From an uncultured virus (IMG/VR IMGVR_UViG_3300045004_000209) (Duplodnaviria > Heunggongvirae > Uroviricota > Caudoviricetes), in IMG/VR virus record IMGVR_UViG_3300045004_000209: a stretch of DNA of 34,536 nucleotides. The stretch is one strand, 5' to 3'. Position numbers and translations under genes: made by a program. The notes beneath the pieces are model-generated. The model ran no database searches and was not told the origin of the DNA. It saw only the letters and a program-made list of their open reading frames with translations. Below, piece by piece: positions 18,304 through 30,000 of the stretch (its first letter is position 1; each line of letters starts with the position of its first letter).

Positions 18304-21300
18304 TTGAGCAAAGAGTCTGTGCCAACCTATTATCTAGATATAGCTGGCATAGCTACGGCTGGAGAAGCCGCCACCTACGCGGCTAGATCAATTGTCAATG
18401 TAAGACCTGGCACATCTATATCGGTGACATTTTGTAGTTTTGCTTCAAGCAATCCTGAGCGATTCTATATTGACATACTTGACAAGTCATCCGACATGTC
18501 TTTGTCTGGTACAAAATACAGTGGTAGATTTTGTTTGGATAAGAATTTTCCATTTGATGTTATTTTCCCAAGCAGATTTTCTAGAATGTCAGCTGATGCT
18601 GTAAGGGATTTAATATCTTACGATCCCAATAAAAACATATTGACAGCGAATCTCGCAGCCATATATTCTAGAGGTTTTTTTGATTTTGATCTCTTGTTGA
18701 GGATGTCTGATCCCGCAGTGTATCCTCTTAAAGTGTCTGAAAAAAAACCTATTTTGCGCGTTGCGGCTAACAAGATTGCAGAATCTCATTTTACATCTGT
18801 GTCTGTGCGTGTTGAGAGACCTTCAAATCCAGACATGCACAGACTAGTTATTTCAGAAGATGAGCGCGTGGAGGTTTTGGGACTTTACGACATCGAAACT
18901 GGTGCTGCAGGAGGCTGCGACGACAGACCATATAGCATGAAGACTGATGGTTTTGTCATACGTTCTGCTGCAGGCGTACAATCTCTTTCTGAAATAAGTT
19001 TTGATGGCTCATACATAGTTCCAGCAAACTTTCCGCTTTTTTATGTGAACGATCATTATAAACCTGAAATATTTAGATCTATCGTAGACTATCCAGGGGC
19101 GAATCCAAAAATACACTCATCCATTCGTCATATTTCTTATAATTTTGCAAATTCTGTTTACTTTTATGATCAGGTGGTTACAAGAAAACTACAGGGTGGT
19201 CGTGGCTATGCAGGCAATCATCCGCTTGTGCACATAGATGACATATTTAGGGGAATAGTTCCACACTCAGATCAAAAGCCCGTTGCCGAATTCAGAAGAG
19301 AATATGTTCCAGGAGAATTGTCTTCCGAGCAGGAGCGCTCTAGGAGGGACGCCAATTTCTTTTTTTACCTGAGTCCGCACACCATGCAGGCATCGTCAGG
19401 CGCTGCCCCCATCATGTCTTTACGACTTCGTCGCGGAGTGCCAAAGGACATCACCTGCACCCTAAAATGGTCACTCAATGGCAGAAAATTGATAAAGAAC
19501 AGGGAAGAGATCAAGATAGAGTGCACTACAGAATGGGGTGAAACATCTGGTGCAAAAAAGAAGAGAGTTAGAACGCTTCATATAAAGAGACATGTTGCTG
19601 ATGGACATCCTTGGTGTAAATATACCACATATGGAAGTGGTGATGCCAATCAGGCTGGCGGATACCCTCTTAAGGCTCTTACTGTCAAAGATTTTTTTGA
19701 CATATTAAGAATGAATGTCTGCGGCACTATAGACGGCTTCAACCCAAATGGGAACGGAGAAGGTGGATTGTTTCCAACTTTTGCAGACATCGATCAGAAA
19801 AATGTTAATCCAGACGATTCAATAGTTGAGATATCTACAAACAAAAACTATTTGGGATGTTATCTTCTGCCCGCTCATCGGCTTACCTTCGGTGAGGAAT
19901 TGCTTGCTGTTGGGGGAGAGGTAAATCAAATATCTTTTACCCACAAATCTGTTGAAATAATGTGTAAAGGCTTGGAAAAGGATGTGTCCATGTCAAACCT
20001 TTGCTGTCTGATGCCACTCAACAGGAAATTGGACTCAGCTGGGGTGCGAGGCGCAATCAAAACCTTCTCTCAGCATTTAGCTGATGGAGATTTTGATGTT
20101 GCAGGCAAGGCATACAGCAGATTTTATATGGACTGGACCATGCGTTCTGCATTGCATATTTTGAGAGAGGGAAGAGATTATTTTGCTGTTACAACTTCAA
20201 GACCTGCCGACCAAGTTCAAACATCTTATGGACATTCTCCTCCGCATGACAGGCGTGAAGCGGGTAAGAGGGCTATCTTGGTAGGAGCTGCTCATCTTGG
20301 TATTTCTGTTGCTATTTTGGACGAGGATTATATCGGTGGAGGTCAATTCTCCTCATCAGCTCCATCATACCTCATGTCTAGAATTGTTGCTGGAGAGCCA
20401 CGATCTGCACCGAGCCAATCTGCCCGAAGCAAGGTATATTCTGTCGATGCGGATGGGTTGACCTTAATGTATATGGACAGTCCAATGTTCAGAACCGTCA
20501 AAACTTCTTTGCTCAACTCTGTTGTGGAAACATCGGTAGATTTAGAAGCATATCCGCATGGTCGTGAGGGATCAATTTGGCAAGTTGTATATACATCGGG
20601 AGCTGGAGATGGTATTCCGTCAAGTCCGCATCTTGATGCGTCATATGTATCAGGGTCTCCTAATTTACTAGATCCTCGTCTGCACGGGTCTGAGTTTGGC
20701 ATCATGGCAGAAGGCGGAGTGCTAGAAGAATCGCTAAGAAAAATATCTGTCCACCCATGCTTCGACCTTCCTAAAGATCTTGCTCCAGATGCATCTATGA
20801 TTCTTAAAGATCTGTTAGATTTTGGATCAGCAACCAAACGATCTTCAGGAAATTATGCCAAGGTTTCATATGAAGAGTCTCCAACTCCATGTGCAGTCTC
20901 TGGCATGGGTAGAAAACATGCATCTGCCAAGTATTATATGAAATCGTCTATGTCATCTCCCAAATCTTCTTACCAAAACAACGAGCATGTTTCTTTTGGC
21001 ATGAAGTTCGGTGATTTTGAAGATGCAGTTTGGGCAGATTTTGGGTTCTTGTCAAAATTGCTTCCATTTTCTATAGTTTCTAGAGTTGAAACTATGCCAT
21101 GGATGGAGTTAGATTTTTATAAATATCATATAGATACTGGCTCTGAAGACATAGATGATCCATATTTAGATACTGGCTCTGAAGACATAGATGATTCAAA
21201 TTTAGGAATTTATGAACCGTATGCAGATCCAATTGATACATACAGTGTTGAAGTTCTGACGCCAGGAAATACGGGATTGAGGGGGTATGCTTTTATAGAT

Positions 21301-22152
21301 AAAAATCCAAGATCTGGGTTAAAAGTAAAATGGCGTAAACGAATACTTGAGCCAAGAACTTTCTCTTTTTATCTCAGAAACAGGCAACTTAGGTCTCTTG
21401 CTGATTTGAGAGATGATATTAACAGAAGGGTCGGTAGATATGGTATTCATGCCACTTCTCTTGTAAAAAATCCTGAATTGAGAGATCAGAGAACTTTGTC
21501 GGAGAGAGAAAAGACGAACATATTCAGGATTGTTGATTTATCTTCAACCGGAGTGGTAGAAGATCCTTATTTTGCAAGATACAGAGCCACAAATAGTGGC
21601 AATGACCCTTATTTTATAGGAGATCCATATATTGGCTCAACTCCAGCCGATAGTAGAAGCATAAAAAACCCTGCAGATTTGGTTGGCGAGATGGATTTGA
21701 CAGATGTCACGCCTGATGCTTCTGGTTCTGTTGTCGTGCACCTGAGGCCGTTCGGTGCAGTCAGGGAGCAGTTGCAGGTTGTAGAGCCCGTCAGTTCTCG
21801 CACCACGATAAGAGATCCTGCCATTTCTGTATCTCCCCCTTCAGGTTGGATGTGGTCTCAGTCAATAGTTGATGGTGTTATTGGCAGGGTTCTCCAACGC
21901 ACATCTTCTGAATCCACAACTGTTCCAGTGCTTCCTTATTTGGGCGGCATCTGGACATGGACGCAACTTAACACGAATGTGTGGGTTCCCAGAACATCTA
22001 ATGGGATGGTTGCCTATCCAGAGCCCCATCCTCAGCAGTCAAATTCAAGCTCAATTAATGTATCATCTGTAGGCTCATCATCTTCTCGTTTTTCTTCATC
22101 TAGTTCTTCAGAAATTGGCTTTCATTCTTCAACACCTTCAGCAGGAGCATGA
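18304..22152 (+). CDS. Large hypothetical protein (1282 aa), probable virion structural protein
   Basis: Long uninterrupted ORF with a TTG start directly after the upstream TGA and a Ser-rich C-terminal tail. The structural role is inferred from size and position only. Confidence 0.65.
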   Translation: MSKESVPTYYLDIAGIATAGEAATYAARSIVNVRPGTSISVTFCSFASSNPERFYIDILDKSSDMSLSGTKYSGRFCLDKNFPFDVIFPSRFSRMSADAVRDLISYDPNKNILTANLAAIYSRGFFDFDLLLRMSDPAVYPLKVSEKKPILRVAANKIAESHFTSVSVRVERPSNPDMHRLVISEDERVEVLGLYDIETGAAGGCDDRPYSMKTDGFVIRSAAGVQSLSEISFDGSYIVPANFPLFYVNDHYKPEIFRSIVDYPGANPKIHSSIRHISYNFANSVYFYDQVVTRKLQGGRGYAGNHPLVHIDDIFRGIVPHSDQKPVAEFRREYVPGELSSEQERSRRDANFFFYLSPHTMQASSGAAPIMSLRLRRGVPKDITCTLKWSLNGRKLIKNREEIKIECTTEWGETSGAKKKRVRTLHIKRHVADGHPWCKYTTYGSGDANQAGGYPLKALTVKDFFDILRMNVCGTIDGFNPNGNGEGGLFPTFADIDQKNVNPDDSIVEISTNKNYLGCYLLPAHRLTFGEELLAVGGEVNQISFTHKSVEIMCKGLEKDVSMSNLCCLMPLNRKLDSAGVRGAIKTFSQHLADGDFDVAGKAYSRFYMDWTMRSALHILREGRDYFAVTTSRPADQVQTSYGHSPPHDRREAGKRAILVGAAHLGISVAILDEDYIGGGQFSSSAPSYLMSRIVAGEPRSAPSQSARSKVYSVDADGLTLMYMDSPMFRTVKTSLLNSVVETSVDLEAYPHGREGSIWQVVYTSGAGDGIPSSPHLDASYVSGSPNLLDPRLHGSEFGIMAEGGVLEESLRKISVHPCFDLPKDLAPDASMILKDLLDFGSATKRSSGNYAKVSYEESPTPCAVSGMGRKHASAKYYMKSSMSSPKSSYQNNEHVSFGMKFGDFEDAVWADFGFLSKLLPFSIVSRVETMPWMELDFYKYHIDTGSEDIDDPYLDTGSEDIDDSNLGIYEPYADPIDTYSVEVLTPGNTGLRGYAFIDKNPRSGLKVKWRKRILEPRTFSFYLRNRQLRSLADLRDDINRRVGRYGIHATSLVKNPELRDQRTLSEREKTNIFRIVDLSSTGVVEDPYFARYRATNSGNDPYFIGDPYIGSTPADSRSIKNPADLVGEMDLTDVTPDASGSVVVHLRPFGAVREQLQVVEPVSSRTTIRDPAISVSPPSGWMWSQSIVDGVIGRVLQRTSSESTTVPVLPYLGGIWTWTQLNTNVWVPRTSNGMVAYPEPHPQQSNSSSINVSSVGSSSSRFSSSSSSEIGFHSSTPSAGA
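21131..21205 (+). repeat. 36-bp tandem duplication in frame (DTGSEDIDD x2)
   Basis: TAGATACTGGCTCTGAAGACATAGATGAT (29 nt identical) occurs at 21131 and 21167. Confidence 0.9.
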
Positions 22153-24069
22153 ATGTCAGATAATAAAAGACCTAGAGATTTGCCAGGAGTCATTGACTTG
22201 ATGCAGTTTACACCTGCTTTAAGGTCTAAACTATCTGACATTCAAAATCCTTCTATGGGCGCAATCGAAGACTCGGTTGGTTTAAAAGGATTGGCTTCTA
22301 ACTCAGACACCTTCCGTAGTTATCAGTCATTTTTGGCATCTAATTCTGGCGGTGGAATATTTCAGTCACTTCAGGTGGCTTTCGGTGGCGTTGTCGATGG
22401 AGAAAACCCGCAGCCAGATGAGTTGCCAAACACATTTTTAGATCCCGCATCTAATGTGTTCTCCACAGTAGAATTTAGCGTTGTGAATCATGAATCAATA
22501 ATACTTTTGGTTCGCGTTCTAGGTAACGATGGCAGATTCTATCCAAGGATAGGAGACGACCCAGATGCTATAATTCTATCGCTGAAGGCAGAATACGACA
22601 ATGGCGCGGAAACATTTTTTTCTGCACCGGTGCAGCCGGGTACGGCAACTGCAAATGCTAATTTTGTTCAGTCTGAAGATGTTGACCTTACAGATGGTGG
22701 CACAGAAGAAAGCCAATTCAAGCCACTTATTTTTATAGTCCCTTTGCGTTCTATAATTACCTTTGTAACTATACAGAGTGCGTCTTTTGGTCTTTCACTT
22801 TCTTTGCGAGTGCGGAGGAGCCCAGGAGAGTTGGATGAATTTGGGTTTTTGGCAGTGAATAGGAGCAGCAATATTTTCAGCATGAATGCAAGCAGAGTCG
22901 GGAAAAACTTTGGTCTTGTTTTTGATCAGGTTGGCGCATGGGATATTATTATATCTCCAGAAGCAACTTGCAAACAGGAGCAAAGTTTAGCCATTTCTAA
23001 TTTTACCTATTCGGGGAGAATATATTCTCGCACGCCAATAGATGTTGATGAGAACTTTGTGGTTGGCGTTGGAAATCCTGTTGTTAATTCTGACAATGAC
23101 ATCACATCATTTGACACTTCTTTTTTGCCACCTGAGGTTAGAAATGGCATATCCATCGTGCCAGTTTCTGGATATCCACGAGTTTGGGTTTTGCGCATAC
23201 AGCCAGCAGTCAGAGAGCATTTAATAGCACAACGTAGGATCGCTCCGCAGAATTCCCTTCAGGGTTGCTATGTAGATCTTCCCATATATGCAAGAGGTTC
23301 GCGCAGCTTGGCTGAAGGCAGGGGAAGTATAAGAATTTTTGCAGAGGTAAATTGCGTATTCGACTACACATTATGTGATTTTTATTGGAATCTTGGAACA
23401 CCATTGGCAAATGTGCCAGCCGTGGTGATAGAGAATCAACTAGAAATATCTTTTGAGGAGTTGATCGATTGCCAAACAGATGCTTCGCTTGACAGTTCAG
23501 GCAACATAGTCGCCACCTCTTTCTTCTTCGTTTCAGTGCGAAACATTCCAGCACTCGACACTGGGACTGCAATGCTTCTGATCAAAACTCCTGCACCTCC
23601 GCCATTTCTTGCACGGATATACAAGCCAAGTGCAGATGTTGCGGCAAGACTTAAGAGACTTCCTACCACCCAAAGTGCTCCGCCTTGGGTTTTTTCATGC
23701 CCCGCACTCACTCCACTTGAGATAAACACTGTCAACAAACTAAAACTTTATGTAGGTGGTTCGACATCTAACCCAATTACCCAACCCTTAGATATAGCAA
23801 ATAAATCTGCATCGGAATCAAGTGTACTTGTCGTACAGCCAAGGTTCAACTTCCCTCCAGGCGACGAAATCTCTCCAGATTCGCCAACAGAAAAAGTTAT
23901 TGCGAGCATGGGGTTCACATTTAGGAATTGGAGAAACAGTAATAATCTTCTTTTTGTAGAAACATTGTTGTTGGCAGCAGAATTTATATATCCGACAAAT
24001 GCATCTGTTGATCTGAAAATTCCACTTGTGGCAAAATTCTATTACAATGAAGACAGGAGGGTGATGTGA
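22153..24069 (+). CDS. Hypothetical protein (638 aa), probably beta-rich structural protein
   Basis: Long ORF abutting both neighbours, rich in V/I/F/P/S/N. No recognised family. Confidence 0.65.
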   Translation: MSDNKRPRDLPGVIDLMQFTPALRSKLSDIQNPSMGAIEDSVGLKGLASNSDTFRSYQSFLASNSGGGIFQSLQVAFGGVVDGENPQPDELPNTFLDPASNVFSTVEFSVVNHESIILLVRVLGNDGRFYPRIGDDPDAIILSLKAEYDNGAETFFSAPVQPGTATANANFVQSEDVDLTDGGTEESQFKPLIFIVPLRSIITFVTIQSASFGLSLSLRVRRSPGELDEFGFLAVNRSSNIFSMNASRVGKNFGLVFDQVGAWDIIISPEATCKQEQSLAISNFTYSGRIYSRTPIDVDENFVVGVGNPVVNSDNDITSFDTSFLPPEVRNGISIVPVSGYPRVWVLRIQPAVREHLIAQRRIAPQNSLQGCYVDLPIYARGSRSLAEGRGSIRIFAEVNCVFDYTLCDFYWNLGTPLANVPAVVIENQLEISFEELIDCQTDASLDSSGNIVATSFFFVSVRNIPALDTGTAMLLIKTPAPPPFLARIYKPSADVAARLKRLPTTQSAPPWVFSCPALTPLEINTVNKLKLYVGGSTSNPITQPLDIANKSASESSVLVVQPRFNFPPGDEISPDSPTEKVIASMGFTFRNWRNSNNLLFVETLLLAAEFIYPTNASVDLKIPLVAKFYYNEDRRVM

Positions 24070-27000
24070 CCATACGCATACAGCAGGCAGTCTGGTGGCA
24101 GGCAGCTGCCTACAGTCCCGCATCTTCGGGTGATGATTTTGATCCTACGCAGGCAGGCGGAATGTCTTCTTTGCGACTTGTTGTAGATGCAGGTACTGGG
24201 GTTGATGCTAGGTATTTTACATCTGACTCTGCTGGGGTGCTTGCAGGCAAGGCGTGCAGCGCACTCAGGTCTTTCACCCTGAACACAATAGACTCAAACA
24301 ACGATGGTCAAAATGATACTGTTGTAGATCAGCCAACCTTTGGTGTGAGACTTGGAGACCCATCTCTCGTCGATGGAAGGGTAATATTCAATCCAAATGC
24401 TCAAGAGGCTCTTGCTATATTTGGCGAGCCCAGACTCGTCATCAATTTGGAAGATTTTGTGGCCGCAAGGGTGCCGCTGTCTTTTATGTTGATGGCCGTA
24501 TACAATTCAGGATTGTCTCTATCTTGTTCTGACAGATCTCTGCCGAATGCATGGTTTAAGCACAGCGACATCCCAAGTGGAATTGTTGATCCAGTAAGTT
24601 CGGATGAACTTCGAGATGCGATGGAGCCTAAGCCGCAGACAACTTCTGATGGCTTGAACGCTGGCTTTTACGTGAAGTTTGATAGGCAGGCAGAAATAAC
24701 TCAAATTGGTTGCTGTGGTGTTTCAAGTGGTGGTGGTGGTGGTGGTGGTGGTGGTTCGTCATCAAGTTCTCAGGCTCCACCATCAGAATGCTCTAGTGGC
24801 CCGACATTGAGGTCTTACCAGCCTGCGCCTAACAAGACAAGAATTTGGGCTGTGCGCTCTGGTCTGCGCACATCTATAAATCCAAAGTTGTTAGGTTCTT
24901 TAGGAAATCCAGAATGGTCATGTTTTGGCCCAACTCCGCAAGAGTTGGTATATGCTGAATTTGATAATGAAGAAAAACTAGATACTAATCTAGATACATC
25001 AGTAATAACTTGGCATCATGCCGGATTCCTTGTTCTTGAGGATAATTACAACAGAATGTTTCCAATAGACTTCGCAGGGTCGTCCGAAAATAAATCGCCA
25101 TTCCTTGGCAGCATGTATGACACATTGCACAAATTGCCTGTTGATGTGGTTGACATAGCATGGGATGATCGTGGTTGGCTGTGGGCACTGTGCACAGGAC
25201 CCAGCCGTACCGAAGGAACCTCATCAGACTCTCCAGAGTCTACCGTTGACGGCATATACAGAGTGCTTCCCGGCGGATGGTCGTACCACATAGCTGATAC
25301 ATTCTCTTGGGGCGGCGGCACAACTCCCGACTCCGAGGTAACTGCCAAATTGGTTGCTAGTAAAGTTGGCAAGTACAAGAAGGTTGCCTGCAGTGGCAAC
25401 AGTGAAGGTCACTATACATTCTATCTGACCATCGATGGTAAGGTGGAGTATGTTCACTCTGCTTCCGTATCTCCAGTGTCTCCTCCTGCCGCTGTCTTTT
25501 CTTCTGACGCGGTCGTCATTGACATTTCAGCTGGAGAGTCACATGCATGCTGTGTCTTTGCAGACGGGAGTCTGCTTGCATGGGCAATGCAATCCGATTC
25601 GAATTCTGGCGCCAATCACAATCACATAGAAGGCCCCAACTCTTCAACCGGAACCTTCACAAAAGTCGCGTGCCGAGGCAAGCATACAGTGGCTTTGCGG
25701 TATGACGGTAAAATTTTTAGTTGGCTAGATGATGGAACTGTGCCCACCCCTGATGCGGCTGAAGGCGAGACCGTGGTGGACATCGGTTGTGGATCTGGTC
25801 ATGTTGCAGCCCTTTTTAACGATTCTGAATCAGGATCTAACAGGGTTGAGATCACGGGGACGTATGAAGACGGAAGTACCCCTAGAAATTTTTCAGACTG
25901 TGACAAATTTGCTTGCGGTTTAAACTGCACCATTGTTTGGCAGGACAGCACATTAATTTTTGATGGACCTGCAGATGATTATTTATCCAATCTGCCTGAT
26001 GTGACAACTGTCAAGCAGATCAGCATCGGAGACCTTCATGCAGTTCTTGTTACAGAGGATGGCTCCCTATGGTCGTGGGGACACTCGACATATGGAGTTG
26101 ACCATGGTGTCCCGCTAACATATAACAACAGCCCCCTATCTTTTGATGGTCAGATCGCAAAGTTTGAAAGCGTTTCATGCGGCATAAGGCACACATGCGT
26201 CATAACAGATGGCACATTCTATGAACCAAAATATTCTCCCGCCGTTGTTGCGTACAGGTCAAAAATAGAGATTGCATCAGGCATACTAATACCGGACGAG
26301 CCCGCAGCCGTCATGGTGAAATCTTCTCGAGACGGATCTCTTTCATCGGTTCGCTCGCACTATGATGGAACCACAATCTTGATTGGGCGCTCGGAATATA
26401 ATGGCAATCCCTTCGATTTCTCTGAGAAGAAAGATCTAAAAATATATGACGATGCGAACAAGACAATAAGAGTTCTTTCTGCAAATTGGAGACCTCTCAA
26501 GTCAATCGCTTCCGTGGAAGCAATTGAACTGCCGAAAACTTGCGGAGGTCAAATTCCTCACCCTTTAAGTTCTTCTCACAAAATTCTTCCTGTCACCCAT
26601 GATTTTTCTGAAAGCGATTGGACACAAACAGATGTTGACGGACTGACGGTTCTACAACTTCCTGAGTTTTCAGGTGTCATTCATGTAAATGAAGAATGGG
26701 AATCGGACCTTGCTAATTTTCCCCAAAAGATAATTGATTCCGCAGCCTTACAGCACTTCAGTCCAAATTACATAACGGCTAGCGATTATTTTGACATGGG
26801 GGTAATCCTATATAATAAATACAAATCTTTCCACACCGTAGCATCTTGCTTTTCTGATTCAGACTTTGTTCCAGGTAGCAGCGTGTTGCTGCCGATCAGT
26901 ACACAGTTTTTCTTTAATTATACAGGTGAAACGGACGTCTCTAATACTTGGGCAAAATTTCCTTCTATCATGATAGGTCAGTCTGCAAACAGTGATGTTT

Positions 27001-30000
27001 ACAAGTTTGAAAATAATAATCAATATTGTGGTTTTAATATTAGCACTATAGGACGTGAGTATCTTAGGTCACCATTTTTAAATAATAATGAAGAGATACC
27101 ATTTCTCCACGGTGGATGGCGTATGCGATCTGCTGCCGTCAAAATTCAGTACTTAAAATCTTCTCTACAACAAGAGACAGGTGGTGTTTTGATGCCGATT
27201 CTACACAACAACGACTCCGGCCAAACACAAGGTGTGACGAACGTGGTGCAAGTCGCGGCGGGCGGGTACCACACAGTTGCGGTGAAAGGGGACGGCACCG
27301 TCGTTGCGTGGGGTCGGAACGACGACGGCCAAGCGACTGTGCCAGCAGGTCTGACTGAGGTGACGCAAGTCGCGGCGGGCGGGTACCACACAGTTGCGGT
27401 GAAGGCGGACGGCACCGTCGTCGCGTGGGGGTACAACGGCTACGGCCAAACGAATGTGCCACAAGGACTGACTGGCGTGGCGCAAGTCGCGGCGGGCCTT
27501 CACCACACAGTTGCCCTAAAGTGGGACGGCACCGTCGTCGGGTGGGGGTCCAACTGGGCTGGCCAAACGAATGTGCCACCAAATCTGACTGACGTGGAGC
27601 AAGTCGCGGCGGGCGGGTACCACACAGTTGCGGTGAAGTTCGACGGCACCGTCGTCGCGTGGGGGAAAAACGGCAACGGCCAAGCGACTGTGCCAGCAGG
27701 TCTGACGGGCGTGGAGCAGGTCGCGGCGGGCGGGAGACACACAGTTGCGCTCAAGTCGGATGGCACCGTCGTCGCGTGGGGGTCCAACTACTACGGCCAA
27801 ACGAATGTGCCACAAGGTCTGACGGGCGTGACGCAAGTCGCGGCGGGCGGGTACCACACAGTTGCGGTGAAAGGGGACGGCACCGTCGTTGCGTGGGGTC
27901 GGAACGACGACGGCCAAGCGACTGTGCCAGCAGGTCTGACTGACGTGGAGCAAGTCGCGGCGGGCGAGTTACACACAGTTGCCCTAAAGTGGGACGGCAC
28001 CGTGGTCGCGTGGGGGGCGAACACAAGAAACGAAGATTTGGTTACATCACCCGTAGAATTTCAATTTATCTCAGATGGTGAAAGTATATATACAAATAGA
28101 GGAATTCTTGAAGGCAATAGTGGAAGAGACTACACAAATTATGCATTAGCTCAGTGTGGGTCTTGCGTTGTATTGATAGCAGGTAATAGAATTTGGAATG
28201 ACATTTGGCGATTTGGAGATACGAGTTTTACTGATTATCAGAATCAGATACCCTCATGTACCAATGGAAAGTATTTTATTGCAGCTGCCGCTAGAAATAA
28301 TACATCTCCCAATAACCTATTTCAGACTAAATATAAAGAAGCAAAAATGATAACTCAAACATTTAATTATGGTAATAATTGCGGTACGTATCCTTTCCAC
28401 GGTGTGGCAGGGTGCGATCTTGTCGCCACACAAGAAATATCAGATGGGAAGGTACATTCTTTTATAGCGTTAGGAAGTTCATATTTCCTTAATCAACAAT
28501 TAACATCAAAAATTTTTATAATTGAGTGTAGAATTCACGAAAAAGATGATGGGGATACAAACGTTTACGCGCGATCTGCTTATCAAATCACCGCCGAAAC
28601 AAATAGAAGTTCAGCACCTACAGGATTTGCTGCATCTTCTTGTGGTGTTATTGTGGGGATTTTCCAAAAAAAACCTCTTTCTTATCCTGGTACTAATAAA
28701 GGATTTATTGTTTATAGAAAAATAAATTCACAAATTAGCGAAGATCCTGATGATCTCAATCTAGTAAACCAGAATGGGGACATCCAAGAAATAACTACTA
28801 ACGGTAGCTTTAGATTATATCCTGTAGACATTTGTATTGCTGATGGGCAAAATCCGATGTGTGTTTTCCTTGTTGCGAGATCTGCGGTGGAGGTGAATCC
28901 TTTCGACCCTAGCCCTCTTGTTTATTATTCATTGTGTATGTTTACAGGCAGCTCAAGAATTTTTAACAACATTATCAGTCTTTTCAATAACAGAAATACG
29001 ATCCTAGAAGAAGATCAAACTCAATCGGAAGGTGGTTTGTATAGTCAAGATCGTTCAAGACTGTTCGGATGTGCTTTTGAAACGGAAGATGATTCTACTT
29101 CTATCAAATATGTTTGTTTACGTTGGAAAGACAACTTCCGTGTATATAAGAATGAAAATACAGCCAGTTGGACCGAACTTTTGAGATTACTCGTTGATGA
29201 TTCAAATCCCGCTTGGTTTGGATTCTGCAGGTCTGCAAACAATAAACTTTTGCTAGTTAAGTCATCTGGTAGTTTAGTAAATTTTTGGCTTTTGCAAGAC
29301 GGTCAATTGATTGATATACATTACAAACACTCTTTGCCAATTTCTTCTAAAACTATAGGTATTTCTCATTTCAAAAACAAGTTGTTTATTGTAAAAGAGT
29401 CTGCTAATTATGCCGATCCTACGGGAGAAACTCCTAACTTTACACTTGAAATCGGCAATGTGGAACAAACTGAATATAAGAATGGGGAGTTGAGATACAG
29501 CATGCTTGTTCACATGCATCCAACATGTAGTAGAACAATCATAAACGATGACCCAAATGAAGAACGCATCCCGTTTCTTTATGTTAACAACCAAAATTCA
29601 GAGCTTCGCTACTCTGAGAGCACCACCAATGATAATTTGGGCAGCTCTATGCCAAACGAAAAATATGGAGTGATATGCTCTGCACCTGCCGACTTCGGAT
29701 CAGCAGGTGTGAGGTATTTCTTCGAGAACACATCATCTGCATTCAGGGTTTATAAGTTGTCTTCTTCTGGTTTTGAATGCGTCACTAGAAATACTGGAAT
29801 AACGCAATTCAAGAATTTCGGCCACGGCGTTCTCAACGATTCTTACTCCTTGTCTAGATACCGTCCACTTCTTGAGATGCCTAAAAATGCCCCATGGGGT
29901 GAGATGTGGTCTCAAATCTCTGCAAACACAAATAGACTGAACACGACCACCAATAGATTCGTTGCGGTTGGTGCAAATGTTCATGTATTTTTGGAAAACT

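Noticed and set aside
27210..28022. Diversity-generating retroelement VR/TR pair (several variable codons look like NNC)
   Set aside because: There is no reverse transcriptase or non-coding template in the window. Synonymous adenines (aca, cca) are invariant across units, and codons such as tgg and gct do not fit an AAC template. A distant DGR cannot be fully excluded.
27210..28022. CRISPR array
   Set aside because: The period is exactly 117 nt and in frame, it encodes RCC1 blades, and there are no unique spacers or cas genes.
27203..28026. ACACAA direct repeat flanking the cassette (27203-27208 and 28021-28026) as a target-site duplication
   Set aside because: It is only 6 nt. The copies are 818 nt apart, so precise excision would shift the frame, and there are no terminal inverted repeats or transposase.
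27116..28026. Multiple overlapping alternative-frame and minus-strand ORFs over the repeat
   Set aside because: These are expected shadows of a GC-rich, stop-poor in-frame repeat.
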